Source: Nitrososphaerales archaeon (GTDB taxonomy: Archaea; Thermoproteota; Nitrososphaeria; Nitrososphaerales; JACAEJ01). Taken from it: a DNA stretch of 55,040 nt. This document shows, in pieces, positions 9,852-19,542 of the stretch. The DNA lies in assembly GCA_013388925.1 (NCBI GenBank), contig JACAEJ010000012.1, positions 1-55,040 on the forward strand, written 5' to 3'. Position 1 is the first letter of the stretch. Each line of letters starts with the position of its first letter. Both the position numbers and the translations under genes were made by a program. The notes beneath the pieces were generated by a model. The model ran no database searches. It saw nothing but the letters and a program-made list of their open reading frames with translations, and was not told the DNA's origin.

Positions 9852-10313
9852 ATGGGCAAATTTGATGAAATGGATATGAAGATACTGGCAGAGCTAGTAA
9901 GAGACGCCAGTCTCTCAGTACCAAAACTCAGCAAGAAAATCAATGCAAACCCTTCTGTAGTATATAGCAGAATAAAGAGGCTTGTGAAGAGGAATATAAT
10001 CAAGAATTTCACCGTAGAAATCAATGATGAATCGCTGGGCTATGCAGTAACCGCCACTATAGGAATGGACATAGATTCAAAGTTAAGAGGTAGCGTCATA
10101 AACGAACTTTTGATCTTGGAAGAAGTCAGGGATATTTCAGAGGTGACAGGAAGGTTCGACCTCCTAGTCTCTATTAAGGCCAAGTCTCTTGACGAATTAC
10201 ACAACCTTGTGTCAGAGAAGATTGGCAAGATAAATGGCATTCTACACACAGAAACCTTTGTCTCGATGAAGAAGAAGACAAGGATGCCTATGTACCGATT
10301 TTCAAAAGAATAA
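9852..10313 (+). CDS. Lrp/AsnC family transcriptional regulator
   Basis: 153 aa. D-x-D-x-KIL-x-x-L HTH_AsnC N-terminus and a C-terminal RAM/AsnC_trans_reg domain (VTGRFDLLV). Confidence 0.9.
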   Translation: MGKFDEMDMKILAELVRDASLSVPKLSKKINANPSVVYSRIKRLVKRNIIKNFTVEINDESLGYAVTATIGMDIDSKLRGSVINELLILEEVRDISEVTGRFDLLVSIKAKSLDELHNLVSEKIGKINGILHTETFVSMKKKTRMPMYRFSKE

Positions 10314-10401
10314 GGCTTTGGTATAAATCACTCGATCACAGAGTCTGGGCTGGAGCTCATGTAATTTTTAAGGCTAAAACTACTCTGGCACACTTATATT
10401 T

Positions 10402-11133
10402 ATGGGACTTTTAATAAGTATGAAGTCGTTGAACCCTTTACTCAGATTGGAGGAGGCGGAGAGGTCAGGAAGGATACCACCACCCATCCTAAACAGAGTC
10501 AGGAAGAGAATGAAGTATGTAGAAGAGGGTGTTGCTAAGATTGAGCTGGCCTCAGGGTTGAAGTACCCACCCTATTATGTTGAGGCCATTCTCCCTCTGT
10601 CTTCTAGCAGAGTCGAGACGGGTCAGATAGGCATATTTTACGCTAGAACCATACCCACAGAAGGTCCGTCGGGGCTGGAGATACTAATCCAGTTGTCTGC
10701 GCCCCTCATCGCCTTCGGTCTGAAGACCACCATAAAGTCGGTTCTAGCCCACGAGTTCCTACACTATATGGAAATCACAAGGCGTTTTAACAAATTGGAC
10801 GTGGTTTCGGAGGCTCTTTCGACATCTTTGTTCGAATCCCTCTACTCAGATTATGGGAGGCTCTTTGAGCCCCGGCTCATATTTAGCGACAAGAGGCTAG
10901 TGAAGCTGATGAAAGATAGGTTTTCTAACGGTCTTAGTGACAGGAGTTTGAACGAAAAGACCTTGAAGGAGTGGATAGAGAAGGGTTTGCCCACCGTGTC
11001 TTTGTCTCCCGAAAGCAATGTCATAAGAGTCCCCATTTCGTCGATCATGAATATGAGAGTTGACCCGCTTCTAAAGCTGAAGCTCGAGGAGCTTGAACGA
11101 GAGGGTTATGAACGGAAGCAAAGGCGGAGTTAA
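10402..11133 (+). CDS. Hypothetical protein with an HExxH motif (putative zinc metallopeptidase-like)
   Basis: 243 aa. Single HEFLH motif (SVLAHEFLHYMEITRRF). Its 3' end overlaps the next ORF by 41 nt. No family recognised. Confidence 0.5.
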   Translation: MGLLISMKSLNPLLRLEEAERSGRIPPPILNRVRKRMKYVEEGVAKIELASGLKYPPYYVEAILPLSSSRVETGQIGIFYARTIPTEGPSGLEILIQLSAPLIAFGLKTTIKSVLAHEFLHYMEITRRFNKLDVVSEALSTSLFESLYSDYGRLFEPRLIFSDKRLVKLMKDRFSNGLSDRSLNEKTLKEWIEKGLPTVSLSPESNVIRVPISSIMNMRVDPLLKLKLEELEREGYERKQRRS

Positions 11134-12763
11134 TAAGCTGAAAGAGATCGAGAAGAATCTTATCTTTGAGGCTTTGAGGGGAGTCATCAAAGATAGAGAG
11201 ACTTTGGCGATTTCTGCCTATGGTTCACGCATCGCTGGTTACGCGAGGGAGGATAGCGATTACGACATAATAGTAGCACTCTCAAAATATAGGCCAAGGA
11301 TAAAGTACCGTTATATTAGAGGAGGTTTGGACTTAGCGGCCCTAATCGTCGATGGCAAGTCCTTGATGAAGGATGCTGAGGAGGCTTCTCTGGGCGAATT
11401 CGTGGCTGGCAGGCTATTGAATGTTTATGAGGCTCTTCTGGGTAACGAGTTTATTGGAGAGGTTGAGAGAAAGCTAAAAGGCAGGGTCACACTTGAGATT
11501 ATCGATGAGATAGTCCTAGGCTATGGCAACATGTCTACAAATTTTATCATACCAGTAAAGTACCTTCTATTCGAAAAGCTCAAGAAGAGGGCGGCTCTCT
11601 ATCCACCAGCCCTCTACAGCTATGTAAAGACCTACAGAGGGGAGCATGGTGAGGAAAACCTTAGGGCGGCTCTTGGAGGCTTTCTCGAGTCGTTAAAAGA
11701 GATGGAGAGGCAGGGGTGGGTATCCCTTGATGATGATTCCTTCAGAATCAAGGATGACTATCTTAAATCGAGAAGGTTTGGAAGTGTCAAACTGGCACTC
11801 TCCTACACCAAGAGGGGCGTGGTATCATACGCAGTCCACGGATATGCGGGGTGTGTTGGTCCTGATGTTATAAAGAAAGAGATAATATCGAAGATCAGCC
11901 GATCGAGAGAAGTTGGCACCATACCAAGAGAGATGGAGCGCCCAAAGAGCCTTTGGAGGATAGATGAAGGCCTACTGATTGTTGATGGAGAGGGTTGGCT
12001 TCAGCAGGTACTTGGCCATTTGGGCTTGAGCGAAGATGCAAGGATCATTAGAAGGTCGCAGGAGGAGCCCTACGAAGCCCTAAAGGTGTATACACTAGAG
12101 GATGACAAAAATAAGGTTAAGATAGCCGTAAAGAACTTCAAGGATATTAGATCCCTAAAGTGGGCTTTCCTGAACCTATGGGCGCTACCTACGAAGTGGT
12201 TCGAGATGTCGCCGCTAACAAGGCTTGGGAGGGAGTATGCAGCGACAAGGAGGCTAAGAGAGCTTGGTCTGGATACTCCCCAGATAATCTCTTTGGTGCT
12301 GAATGAGAGGATGATGGTAAGTAGATTCATAGAGGGAATAAGCCTTGGCAAGATCGTAAAGGATGTAATAGATGGGCGAAGTGTGGATTCTTCGCCCATC
12401 TCGATCTATGGGAAAAGCATAGCCCATGCTCACAGGCATGGTTACTCCTTGGGGGATACGAAGCCTAGCAACGCCATAGTTTCTGATGGAAAGCTCTTCC
12501 TTACAGATCTTGAGCAGTCCACCGAGCACGGCGATCCTGCATGGGATATAGCGTTATTTGTCTATTACTCTAACAAGCTCACAATGAACGTCGATGGGGC
12601 AAGGATCGTAACTCGAACGTTCTTGGAGGGGTATCTCAAATCTGGAGACGTTAGCATGGTCAAAAAGGCCCTGAACCCTGATTATATGGCACCCTTCCAA
12701 GCCATCATCGCCCCAAACGTGTTGAGGGCTGTGAGAAATGAGATGAGCAAGGCTATCGCGTGA
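11093..12763 (+). CDS. Fusion protein: pol-beta-type nucleotidyltransferase domain plus RIO/Bud32/Kdo-kinase-like protein kinase domain
   Basis: 556 aa. N-terminal AYGSRIAGYAREDSDYDIIV (G-S ... D-x-D NTase signature). C-terminal KIAVKNFK (VAIK-like Lys), HRHGYSLGDTKPSNAIV (catalytic loop D-x-K-P-x-N) and FLTDLEQS (DFG-equivalent). The start may be ATG 11108. Confidence 0.65.
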   Translation: MNERVMNGSKGGVNKLKEIEKNLIFEALRGVIKDRETLAISAYGSRIAGYAREDSDYDIIVALSKYRPRIKYRYIRGGLDLAALIVDGKSLMKDAEEASLGEFVAGRLLNVYEALLGNEFIGEVERKLKGRVTLEIIDEIVLGYGNMSTNFIIPVKYLLFEKLKKRAALYPPALYSYVKTYRGEHGEENLRAALGGFLESLKEMERQGWVSLDDDSFRIKDDYLKSRRFGSVKLALSYTKRGVVSYAVHGYAGCVGPDVIKKEIISKISRSREVGTIPREMERPKSLWRIDEGLLIVDGEGWLQQVLGHLGLSEDARIIRRSQEEPYEALKVYTLEDDKNKVKIAVKNFKDIRSLKWAFLNLWALPTKWFEMSPLTRLGREYAATRRLRELGLDTPQIISLVLNERMMVSRFIEGISLGKIVKDVIDGRSVDSSPISIYGKSIAHAHRHGYSLGDTKPSNAIVSDGKLFLTDLEQSTEHGDPAWDIALFVYYSNKLTMNVDGARIVTRTFLEGYLKSGDVSMVKKALNPDYMAPFQAIIAPNVLRAVRNEMSKAIA

Positions 12764-12870
12764 TGCCCGAAGCCGATAGCGAGGCCACGCTAAGATCGAT
12801 CATCGATTGGGAGAGGCATGGACTCTTGCTGAAGTATAATAGCAAGGAGGACAAGATCAGACTTACCTGA
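12763..12870 (+). CDS. Possible 35-aa micro-ORF, translationally coupled to the kinase fusion
   Basis: ATG overlaps the upstream TGA (TGATG). Translation is MPEADSEATLRSIIDWERHGLLLKYNSKEDKIRLT. Too short for the ORF track, and no homology is assessable. Confidence 0.2.
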   Translation: MPEADSEATLRSIIDWERHGLLLKYNSKEDKIRLT

Positions 12871-12915
12871 TTCTCTACCAATATTATGTACCATAAATTT
12901 GTCTATGAAAAAATA

Positions 12916-13830
12916 TCATTCAAGCGATTCTAGATACTTTTCAGCATCCAGTGCAGCCTGACAGCCCATCCCGGCTGCTGTTATAGCCTGCCTATATCGA
13001 TAGTCATGAACATCCCCAGCCACAAACACGCCCTTTACGTTAGTCTCGGTATTGTTTCTCACAATCACATACCCCTTCCTATCAAGCTCTATCTGACCTT
13101 TGAAGATGTCCGTGTTGGGCTTCTGCCCGATGGCTATAAAGACCCCTTGGCACTCGAATTTTGAAGTTTGGCCCGTCTTTACGTCCTTTATGAGCAAGCC
13201 CTCGACCCTTTTCTTGCCTAATACCTCGTCTACTAAACTGTTCCACTTAAAGTCTATCTTCTTGTTATTGAAGGCTCTATCCTGAAGTATCTTGCTAGCC
13301 CTTAGCTCATCCCTTCTATGAATCATTGTGACCCTATCTGCGTGTTTTGTAAGGAAAAGAGCTTCCTCCACAGCGGTATCCCCCCCTCCAACAACTGCAA
13401 CATTCATACCCTTGAAGAAAATGGCATCACAGGTAGCACATGAGGATACGCCTTTACCCAATAGTCTCTGCTCAGACTCCAAGCCCAACCACTTTGTTGA
13501 TGCTCCAGTGGCTATTATGACCGCTTTTGCCTTATAGGAATCGTCGCCTATTCTGACCTCAAAGGGGTGAGAAGAGAAGTTCACAGAGGTAGCATCATCG
13601 TCTACGAATTCAGCACCAAACTTCTCGGCCTGCTTTCTTATCTTTTCTATGATCACGGGTCCTTGAATGCCTTCAGGGAAGCCAGGATAATTTTCGACCT
13701 CGGTAGTCAGCATTAGTTGCCCTCCAGGCATTGATCCCGAGATCACGAGAGGCTCAAGGCCAGCCCTAGCGGCATAGATGGCTGCCGTCAAGCCCGCTGG
13801 TCCCGAGCCAATTATTATAAGTTCCTTCAT
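12916..13830 (-). CDS. trxB: Thioredoxin reductase
   Basis: 304 aa. GSGPAGLTAAIYAARA (FAD), redox CATCDA, GGGDTAVEEALFLT with HRRDELRA (NADPH), GVFVAGD. Confidence 0.9.
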   Translation of the reverse strand: MKELIIIGSGPAGLTAAIYAARAGLEPLVISGSMPGGQLMLTTEVENYPGFPEGIQGPVIIEKIRKQAEKFGAEFVDDDATSVNFSSHPFEVRIGDDSYKAKAVIIATGASTKWLGLESEQRLLGKGVSSCATCDAIFFKGMNVAVVGGGDTAVEEALFLTKHADRVTMIHRRDELRASKILQDRAFNNKKIDFKWNSLVDEVLGKKRVEGLLIKDVKTGQTSKFECQGVFIAIGQKPNTDIFKGQIELDRKGYVIVRNNTETNVKGVFVAGDVHDYRYRQAITAAGMGCQAALDAEKYLESLE

Positions 13831-13963
13831 AAGGTTGGGAGGATATACTAACCTTTAATATATTTTCTTTCGCCGGATATTTTCCATTAATTATACTGAT
13901 GTTTAACACAAACTTCTGAATTTTTATGGTCAATTAGTCTTTGTCTCTGCAACGACATGTCTG

Positions 13964-14743
13964 TTACTTTTTCTTTGGTAGTATAATCCCCTGTCTGATG
14001 CACGCTCTATCGATGGCACTCAGGACAGAATCCCTTGATATATAGGCTGCCTTGTGTAGTATGGTGTCTTTTAGCTCTGGGTCCATCTCCATACTCGATG
14101 TGCATGGGTATCCATGGTGAGCGTTCGACACGACCTGCTCTATACCGTCTATCTTGTTCCACCTTATCATCTGAGCCACGTACCATGTAGAACCACATGG
14201 TGCACTTCTTTTTACACTGGCTTCCTTTACCCTATCTCCCTCAAGATAAACTTCAAGTAGAGGCTTTCCTATTTTGTACCTCCTGATGAAATCGTCGATG
14301 ACCTTCTTCCCACTCTCCTCAAGGGAGCAGAAAGGCTTTGGGAAGGCAGACTCGACACCAATATCCCTCAAGTCCATCTCGAGTCTCTTCTGGAGGTTGG
14401 GTGGGCACCAATTCCTGTTCTCTATGGGCACGATTATGGCTTTGGCGCCCGTCTTCTCTACAAGTAGGGGTAGAGTGGTCAGAAGGTCTGGGGGGATGCC
14501 TATGGGTAAGATGACATCACACTTTGGAGGGTTCCTTGGAAGGTATCTCTCTGGCTCTTCTATGAAGGCATCCAACTGTCCCTTGATGAGATCGACCCCA
14601 CAGATATCTGATGAGAAGGATTCATACTTGATTCTGCAGTGCCCACAGGTTAAGTTACACGCTTTACAGAAATTTGGTAAATTAACAAGATTTCCTATAA
14701 CTTTCTCGCCAAAATCATCCCCTAGTATAAAATATAGTTGCAT
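13964..14743 (-). CDS. Cys-rich DUF166-like protein
   Basis: 259 aa. CKACNLTCGHC cluster near the N-terminus and FPKPFCSLEE. Layout resembles the archaeal DUF166 family as I recall it. Not verified. Confidence 0.45.
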   Translation of the reverse strand: MQLYFILGDDFGEKVIGNLVNLPNFCKACNLTCGHCRIKYESFSSDICGVDLIKGQLDAFIEEPERYLPRNPPKCDVILPIGIPPDLLTTLPLLVEKTGAKAIIVPIENRNWCPPNLQKRLEMDLRDIGVESAFPKPFCSLEESGKKVIDDFIRRYKIGKPLLEVYLEGDRVKEASVKRSAPCGSTWYVAQMIRWNKIDGIEQVVSNAHHGYPCTSSMEMDPELKDTILHKAAYISRDSVLSAIDRACIRQGIILPKKK

Positions 14744-14867
14744 TTCCCCTTCACCTGTTGCTTAACGGTCTTATTTTAATAAGACTTTCAAGCATATATG
14801 ATATACTAGTACGTCAAGTATATAACCATACAAAAAGTTTATAATTACCAAAGTGTAATTACTTTCA

Positions 14868-15200
14868 ATGTCAAAAATTGAGGCTGTAGGAGATATAAAA
14901 AACCACAGCATCCTCGTCACTGTGTGTAAGGTTCTCAGCAATAGACACAGGCTCAGGATAGTCTTGCACTTGGAGAAGAAGAAGGCCTGCTCTTTTGGAG
15001 AGCTTTTGAAGGATCTGAACATAAATCCGAAGGTTCTTAGGGATCATTTGAATGTTCTAATAGCCAGTAAGCTCGTCACAAAGTCTTTCCCCTATGGGGC
15101 ATACACTTTGACACCCGCAGGTTACGTAACGAAGCAGGGTTTGGATGCATTTGCTGGCTATATTACGAGAATAGCCGATGTAATTGGGGGGAATAGCTAG
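14868..15200 (+). CDS. ArsR-family winged-helix regulator heading the cdh array
   Basis: 110 aa. KVLSNRHRLRIVLHL ... SFGELLKDLNINPKVLRDHLNVLIASKLV is the ArsR/SmtB HTH pattern. Confidence 0.7.
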   Translation: MSKIEAVGDIKNHSILVTVCKVLSNRHRLRIVLHLEKKKACSFGELLKDLNINPKVLRDHLNVLIASKLVTKSFPYGAYTLTPAGYVTKQGLDAFAGYITRIADVIGGNS

Positions 15201-15220
15201 GAGAGTTTGGGGGATTTGTT

Positions 15221-17593
15221 ATGAGAAAAAGAAACGTCCACATAAAGCTTGATAGGCTAAAGAGTGACTTAACAGAAATCAGTGGGCTTGAAATATCCAT
15301 AGGCAAGGCCATCGAAGAGGAATGGGCTGAGCCATTAGGACCTACCCCTTGCCCTTCATTGGCAACACTGAGGGATTGGGATCTAAAGCTTCTTCAGCGC
15401 TATAAACCATTCTATATGCCCTACTGTGACGTTTGTTGCCTCTGCACCATGGGCAAGTGTGATCTGACTCAAGGAAAGAAAGGCGCCTGTGGACTAGACA
15501 TATGTGCTCAGCAATCGAGAGTAGTTCTAATAGCTTGTTGCATCGGTGCGGCCACTCACACAGCTCATGCTAGACACTTGGTCGAATACCTGATTGAAAA
15601 GTATGGGTGCGATAGTCCTATCGATGTAGGAGCGGACGTTGGTGTAGAGGTGGAGGCACCTGTCACAAGGCTGGTCTATGGAGAGAAGCCAAAGACCCTT
15701 GGAGACCTAGAGGATGTCCTGAACTACCTTGAAAACCAGATTACACACCTATTATCAGTTGCCCATACGGGCCAAGAAGGGAGCAAGTTAGACTTTGAGT
15801 CTAAAGTATTCCATGCTGGAATGATTGATCAGGTGGGCATGGAGGTCGCCGATATTGCACAGATTTCTGCATATGGATTGCCTAAGGCCGATCCCAACGC
15901 TCCCCTTGTAGAAACAGGTATGGGTGCCATAGATTCTACAAAGCCGGTCATTCTTGTGATAGGCCATAATGTCCCGCCAGCAACCCAGATAATAGATTAC
16001 CTAGGCGAGAAAGACCTCATGGGTAGCGTCGAAGTAGCAGGGATATGTTGCACAGCCCATGACCTAACAAGATACAACCCCAGAGCCAAGATCGTCGGGC
16101 CCATCTCTTGGCAGTTACGGTTCATCAGGAGCGGCTTTTCAGACGTCATAGTAGTCGATGAACAGTGCATTCGCACGGACGTATTGGCAGAGGCTCAAAG
16201 AACCATGACTCCTGTAATAGCTACTTCCGAAAAGAACTGTCTTGGCCTTCCAAACCGCACACAAGACCCTGTAGATCAGATAGTATCGGATTTGGTGGAG
16301 GGAAGATCGCCAGGCGCTGTGATCTTCGATACAGAAAAGGTAGGCGAAGTAGCGGTTAGGGTTTCGATGCTCCTTTCACCCAGGAGGATGAAGTTCAAAG
16401 TTATCCCTGATTTAGCAAAAGTCATCGAAGAGACAAAGAGGTGCGCCCAATGCTCAAACGCTCCCTGTAGAAAGGCGTGCCCGAACGACCTTCCGATTCC
16501 CGATGCTATGCACCAAGCTTCAGAGAGCATCTTGGAGGGGCTTGCAAACCTATACGATCTTTGTATCGGATGCGGACGATGTGAGTCTGCATGCACAAAC
16601 GATCTTCCTATCCATAGCTACATCATTGGCGCATCCAAGAAGATCGTAAACGAGGAGAAGTTCAAGGTCAGGGTTGGAAGGGGGGCTGTACAGGACGTCG
16701 AAATTCGCAAAGTGGGTGGACCCATAGTTCTAGGTGAAATACCGGGGGTCATAGCACTGGTCGGATGCGCCAACTATCCTAATGGAGGAATTGAAGTTGC
16801 CCAGATGGCCGAAGAATTTGCAAAGAGAAGATACATAGTTATGTCATCTGGATGTGCGGCTATGTCCATAGGTATGTATTGTGATGAAGAAGGAAAGACA
16901 CTCTATGAGCAGTTCCCAGGAGAATTTGATGCTGGTGGAATAGTTAACGTAGGCTCTTGTGTTGCTAACTCCCACATAGCCGGTGCGGCCATAAAAATTG
17001 CCAGCATCTTCGCGAAGAGGAAGCTTAGGGGGAACTACGAAGAGATTGCTGATTACATCCACAACAGAGTCGGTGCCGTAGGGATTGCGTGGGGGGCCAT
17101 GAGTCAGAAGGCAGCGTCTATTGCGAGTGGCTTCTGGAGGCTGGGAGTGCCGGTGATTGTAGGGCCCCATGGTTCAAAGTATCGCCGCATGCTCCTGGGA
17201 AGAAAAGATAAAGTGAAGGACTGGTATGCATATGATACCCGTACTGGAGAAAAGGTCTTCGTTGGACCCTGCCCCGAACACCTCTTCTACGCTGCTGAAA
17301 CCAAAGAGGAGGCGATGGTAATGGCGGCCAAGCTCTGCATGAGACCCAACGATACACCGAGAGGGAGGGCGATCAAGCTCTACAACTACATCGACCTTCA
17401 CAAGAAGCTTTACGGAGTAATGCCAGACGACTTGCACCTATTTGTGAGAAGAGATGCCGACCTTCCGATTACGATCAAAGATGAGGTGATGAAGATCCTG
17501 AAGGAGAAGGATTGGAAGGAGAACGTAATTCCAGATCCAACCTTACTACCAAGGCTGATCAGAGGCAAAGGAGGGCTAACAGATGAGCGCTGA
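15221..17593 (+). CDS. cdhA: Acetyl-CoA decarbonylase/synthase complex subunit alpha (CODH catalytic subunit)
   Basis: 790 aa. N-terminal Cys clusters (CDVCCLCTMGKCDL), the archaeal-type inserted 2x[4Fe-4S] ferredoxin domain (CAQCSNAPCRKACP ... CIGCGRCESAC), and C-cluster region GCANYP ... SSGCAAMS. Confidence 0.95.
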   Translation: MRKRNVHIKLDRLKSDLTEISGLEISIGKAIEEEWAEPLGPTPCPSLATLRDWDLKLLQRYKPFYMPYCDVCCLCTMGKCDLTQGKKGACGLDICAQQSRVVLIACCIGAATHTAHARHLVEYLIEKYGCDSPIDVGADVGVEVEAPVTRLVYGEKPKTLGDLEDVLNYLENQITHLLSVAHTGQEGSKLDFESKVFHAGMIDQVGMEVADIAQISAYGLPKADPNAPLVETGMGAIDSTKPVILVIGHNVPPATQIIDYLGEKDLMGSVEVAGICCTAHDLTRYNPRAKIVGPISWQLRFIRSGFSDVIVVDEQCIRTDVLAEAQRTMTPVIATSEKNCLGLPNRTQDPVDQIVSDLVEGRSPGAVIFDTEKVGEVAVRVSMLLSPRRMKFKVIPDLAKVIEETKRCAQCSNAPCRKACPNDLPIPDAMHQASESILEGLANLYDLCIGCGRCESACTNDLPIHSYIIGASKKIVNEEKFKVRVGRGAVQDVEIRKVGGPIVLGEIPGVIALVGCANYPNGGIEVAQMAEEFAKRRYIVMSSGCAAMSIGMYCDEEGKTLYEQFPGEFDAGGIVNVGSCVANSHIAGAAIKIASIFAKRKLRGNYEEIADYIHNRVGAVGIAWGAMSQKAASIASGFWRLGVPVIVGPHGSKYRRMLLGRKDKVKDWYAYDTRTGEKVFVGPCPEHLFYAAETKEEAMVMAAKLCMRPNDTPRGRAIKLYNYIDLHKKLYGVMPDDLHLFVRRDADLPITIKDEVMKILKEKDWKENVIPDPTLLPRLIRGKGGLTDER

Positions 17594-18125
17594 TCCTTGG
17601 CAGACGGCAGAAATTCCAGGTCCGATGAAGGCGCTTATAATCACGAAGCCTGTCATCGTCTCAGGAATGTTAAAGAAGGCCAAGCGGGCAATAATGGTAG
17701 TTGGACATGAAGCAGCTGAGATCGATTTTGGTGGAGAGAGGGCGATCGACTACGCAATACGAATGGCCAAAGCCCTCCAAATTCCTGTCGTAGCCACTGC
17801 TCACATAGCAGGGGAGTTCGTGAAGAGGGGTTGTGATCAAGTATGGTGGATGCCTGCTGTAGACATTGGAAATAGGCTTCAAGACCCAGACTGGCAAGGT
17901 CTAGATGGAAAGGGTCAGTACGATCTAGCCATCTTTATGGGGATAACTTACTATATGGAGTGGACGATACTGTCGGGGCTCAAACACCTTGCACTCCACT
18001 TGAAGACTGTCTCGCTCGATAGGCACTACCAGCCTCATGCGTTTTGGTCTTTTCCGAATATTTCTCTTGAGGAATGGCAGAAGAATCTAAAAGAAATCCT
18101 GAATCAGTTGGAGAAGAGGTTGTAG
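17583..18125 (+). CDS. cdhB: Acetyl-CoA decarbonylase/synthase complex subunit epsilon
   Basis: 180 aa. 11-nt overlap with cdhA. Size and position are canonical for CdhB. The sequence begins MSADPWQTAEIPGPMKA. Confidence 0.9.
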   Translation: MSADPWQTAEIPGPMKALIITKPVIVSGMLKKAKRAIMVVGHEAAEIDFGGERAIDYAIRMAKALQIPVVATAHIAGEFVKRGCDQVWWMPAVDIGNRLQDPDWQGLDGKGQYDLAIFMGITYYMEWTILSGLKHLALHLKTVSLDRHYQPHAFWSFPNISLEEWQKNLKEILNQLEKRL

Positions 18126-18140
18126 TTAGGGGTGATTTGA

Positions 18141-19532
18141 GTGGTTGAACCAATAGGAACAGCAAGGCCCGAATTCCCTGTAGATGTTGGGGAGATGTAT
18201 GAAGGAGAGAGGATTCGAAAACCTGCTATGCATCTGGAGTTTGGTGGCATGGAAGTTGAAAAGAAGTGGGAGTTGGCCCTAGCAAGACCTTTAGATCAAG
18301 TGGAAGATGGGAAGGTTACAGTGGTAGGACCTGATCTATCAGATATGGAGCCTGGAGGTAGCTACCCTATAGGAGTCTTGGTGGAAGTCGCTGGCGCCAA
18401 GGTAGAAAAGGATTTGGAAGGAGTCTTGGAGAGGAAGATTCACTACTTTACGAACTACATCGAGGGTGTGATGCACCTCAATCAGAGGTACGATGTATGG
18501 ATAAGGATCGGCAAGAAATCTTATCAGAAGGGCTTCAACTCTCTAGAGTGGCTCGGAAAAGTCCTTGTTTGGCTCTACAAATCCAGTTTTCCTGTAATAG
18601 AGAAGATACAGGTGACGATCTACACAGACAAGGCCAAGATCGAGGAGCTCTTTCCTATGGCTATGGATGTCTGGGGAAAAAGAGATGAGAGAGCAAGGAC
18701 CCTAAAGGATGAAGATGTCAAAGAATTTTACGCCTGTGTCATGTGCCAGTCCTTCGCGCCCAGCCACATGTGTGTCATAACTCCCAACAGAATAGCTTCT
18801 TGTGGATCCATCAGCTGGTTCGATGCGAGAGCGGCCTATAACGTGGACCCAAAGGGCCCAAACTTTCCGATACCCAAGGGCGAGTGTATAGACCCTGTAA
18901 AGGGCGTCTATGAGGGCGTCAACAAAGTCGCTCAAGAGAAATCTTTAGGGGCCATAAAATCGGTCTCTCTTTACAGCTCGTTCGATAACCCTCACACTTC
19001 TTGTGGCTGCTTCGAGGGCATAGCCTTCTACATACCTGAGGTTGATGGAATAGGGATCGTGCACCGTGATTTTAAAGGGCACACCGTAAACGGATTGACG
19101 TTCTCGGCCATGGCTGGGCATACGAGTGGTGGAACTCAGAACCCTGGCTTTAATGGGATTGCCATAGAGTACCTACGTTCACTAAAATTCCTTCAGGCCG
19201 ATGGAGGGTGGGAGAGGATCGTATGGGTTCCTTCACAGATAAAGGAGAGGGTAAAGGATGCCATACCAGAGCATCTTCTTGGTAAGATAGCCACAGAGGC
19301 TGACTCCAAGACCATAGGAGAGTTGAAGGAGTTTCTGGTGAGCAAGAGCCATCCTGTAGCCAACCGATTGGTGATCGAGGAGGCCAAGGAAGTCAAGGAG
19401 GAGGCACCAGAAGTCGTTTTGCCTGCCCAAATCCCAACGGGCATAGAGATCCCAGCCCGAGGCGGAATAAGGATAATATTGAAGAACGTCAAGATAACGG
19501 CCGAGAAGATCATAGTAAAACGTGAGAAGTAG
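18141..19532 (+). CDS. cdhC: Acetyl-CoA decarbonylase/synthase complex subunit beta (acetyl-CoA synthase, A-cluster)
   Basis: 463 aa, GTG start. CVMCQSFAPSHMCVITPNR and SCGCFE are A-cluster ligand motifs. Confidence 0.95.
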   Translation: MVEPIGTARPEFPVDVGEMYEGERIRKPAMHLEFGGMEVEKKWELALARPLDQVEDGKVTVVGPDLSDMEPGGSYPIGVLVEVAGAKVEKDLEGVLERKIHYFTNYIEGVMHLNQRYDVWIRIGKKSYQKGFNSLEWLGKVLVWLYKSSFPVIEKIQVTIYTDKAKIEELFPMAMDVWGKRDERARTLKDEDVKEFYACVMCQSFAPSHMCVITPNRIASCGSISWFDARAAYNVDPKGPNFPIPKGECIDPVKGVYEGVNKVAQEKSLGAIKSVSLYSSFDNPHTSCGCFEGIAFYIPEVDGIGIVHRDFKGHTVNGLTFSAMAGHTSGGTQNPGFNGIAIEYLRSLKFLQADGGWERIVWVPSQIKERVKDAIPEHLLGKIATEADSKTIGELKEFLVSKSHPVANRLVIEEAKEVKEEAPEVVLPAQIPTGIEIPARGGIRIILKNVKITAEKIIVKREK

Positions 19533-19542
19533 AGGGGATCTT

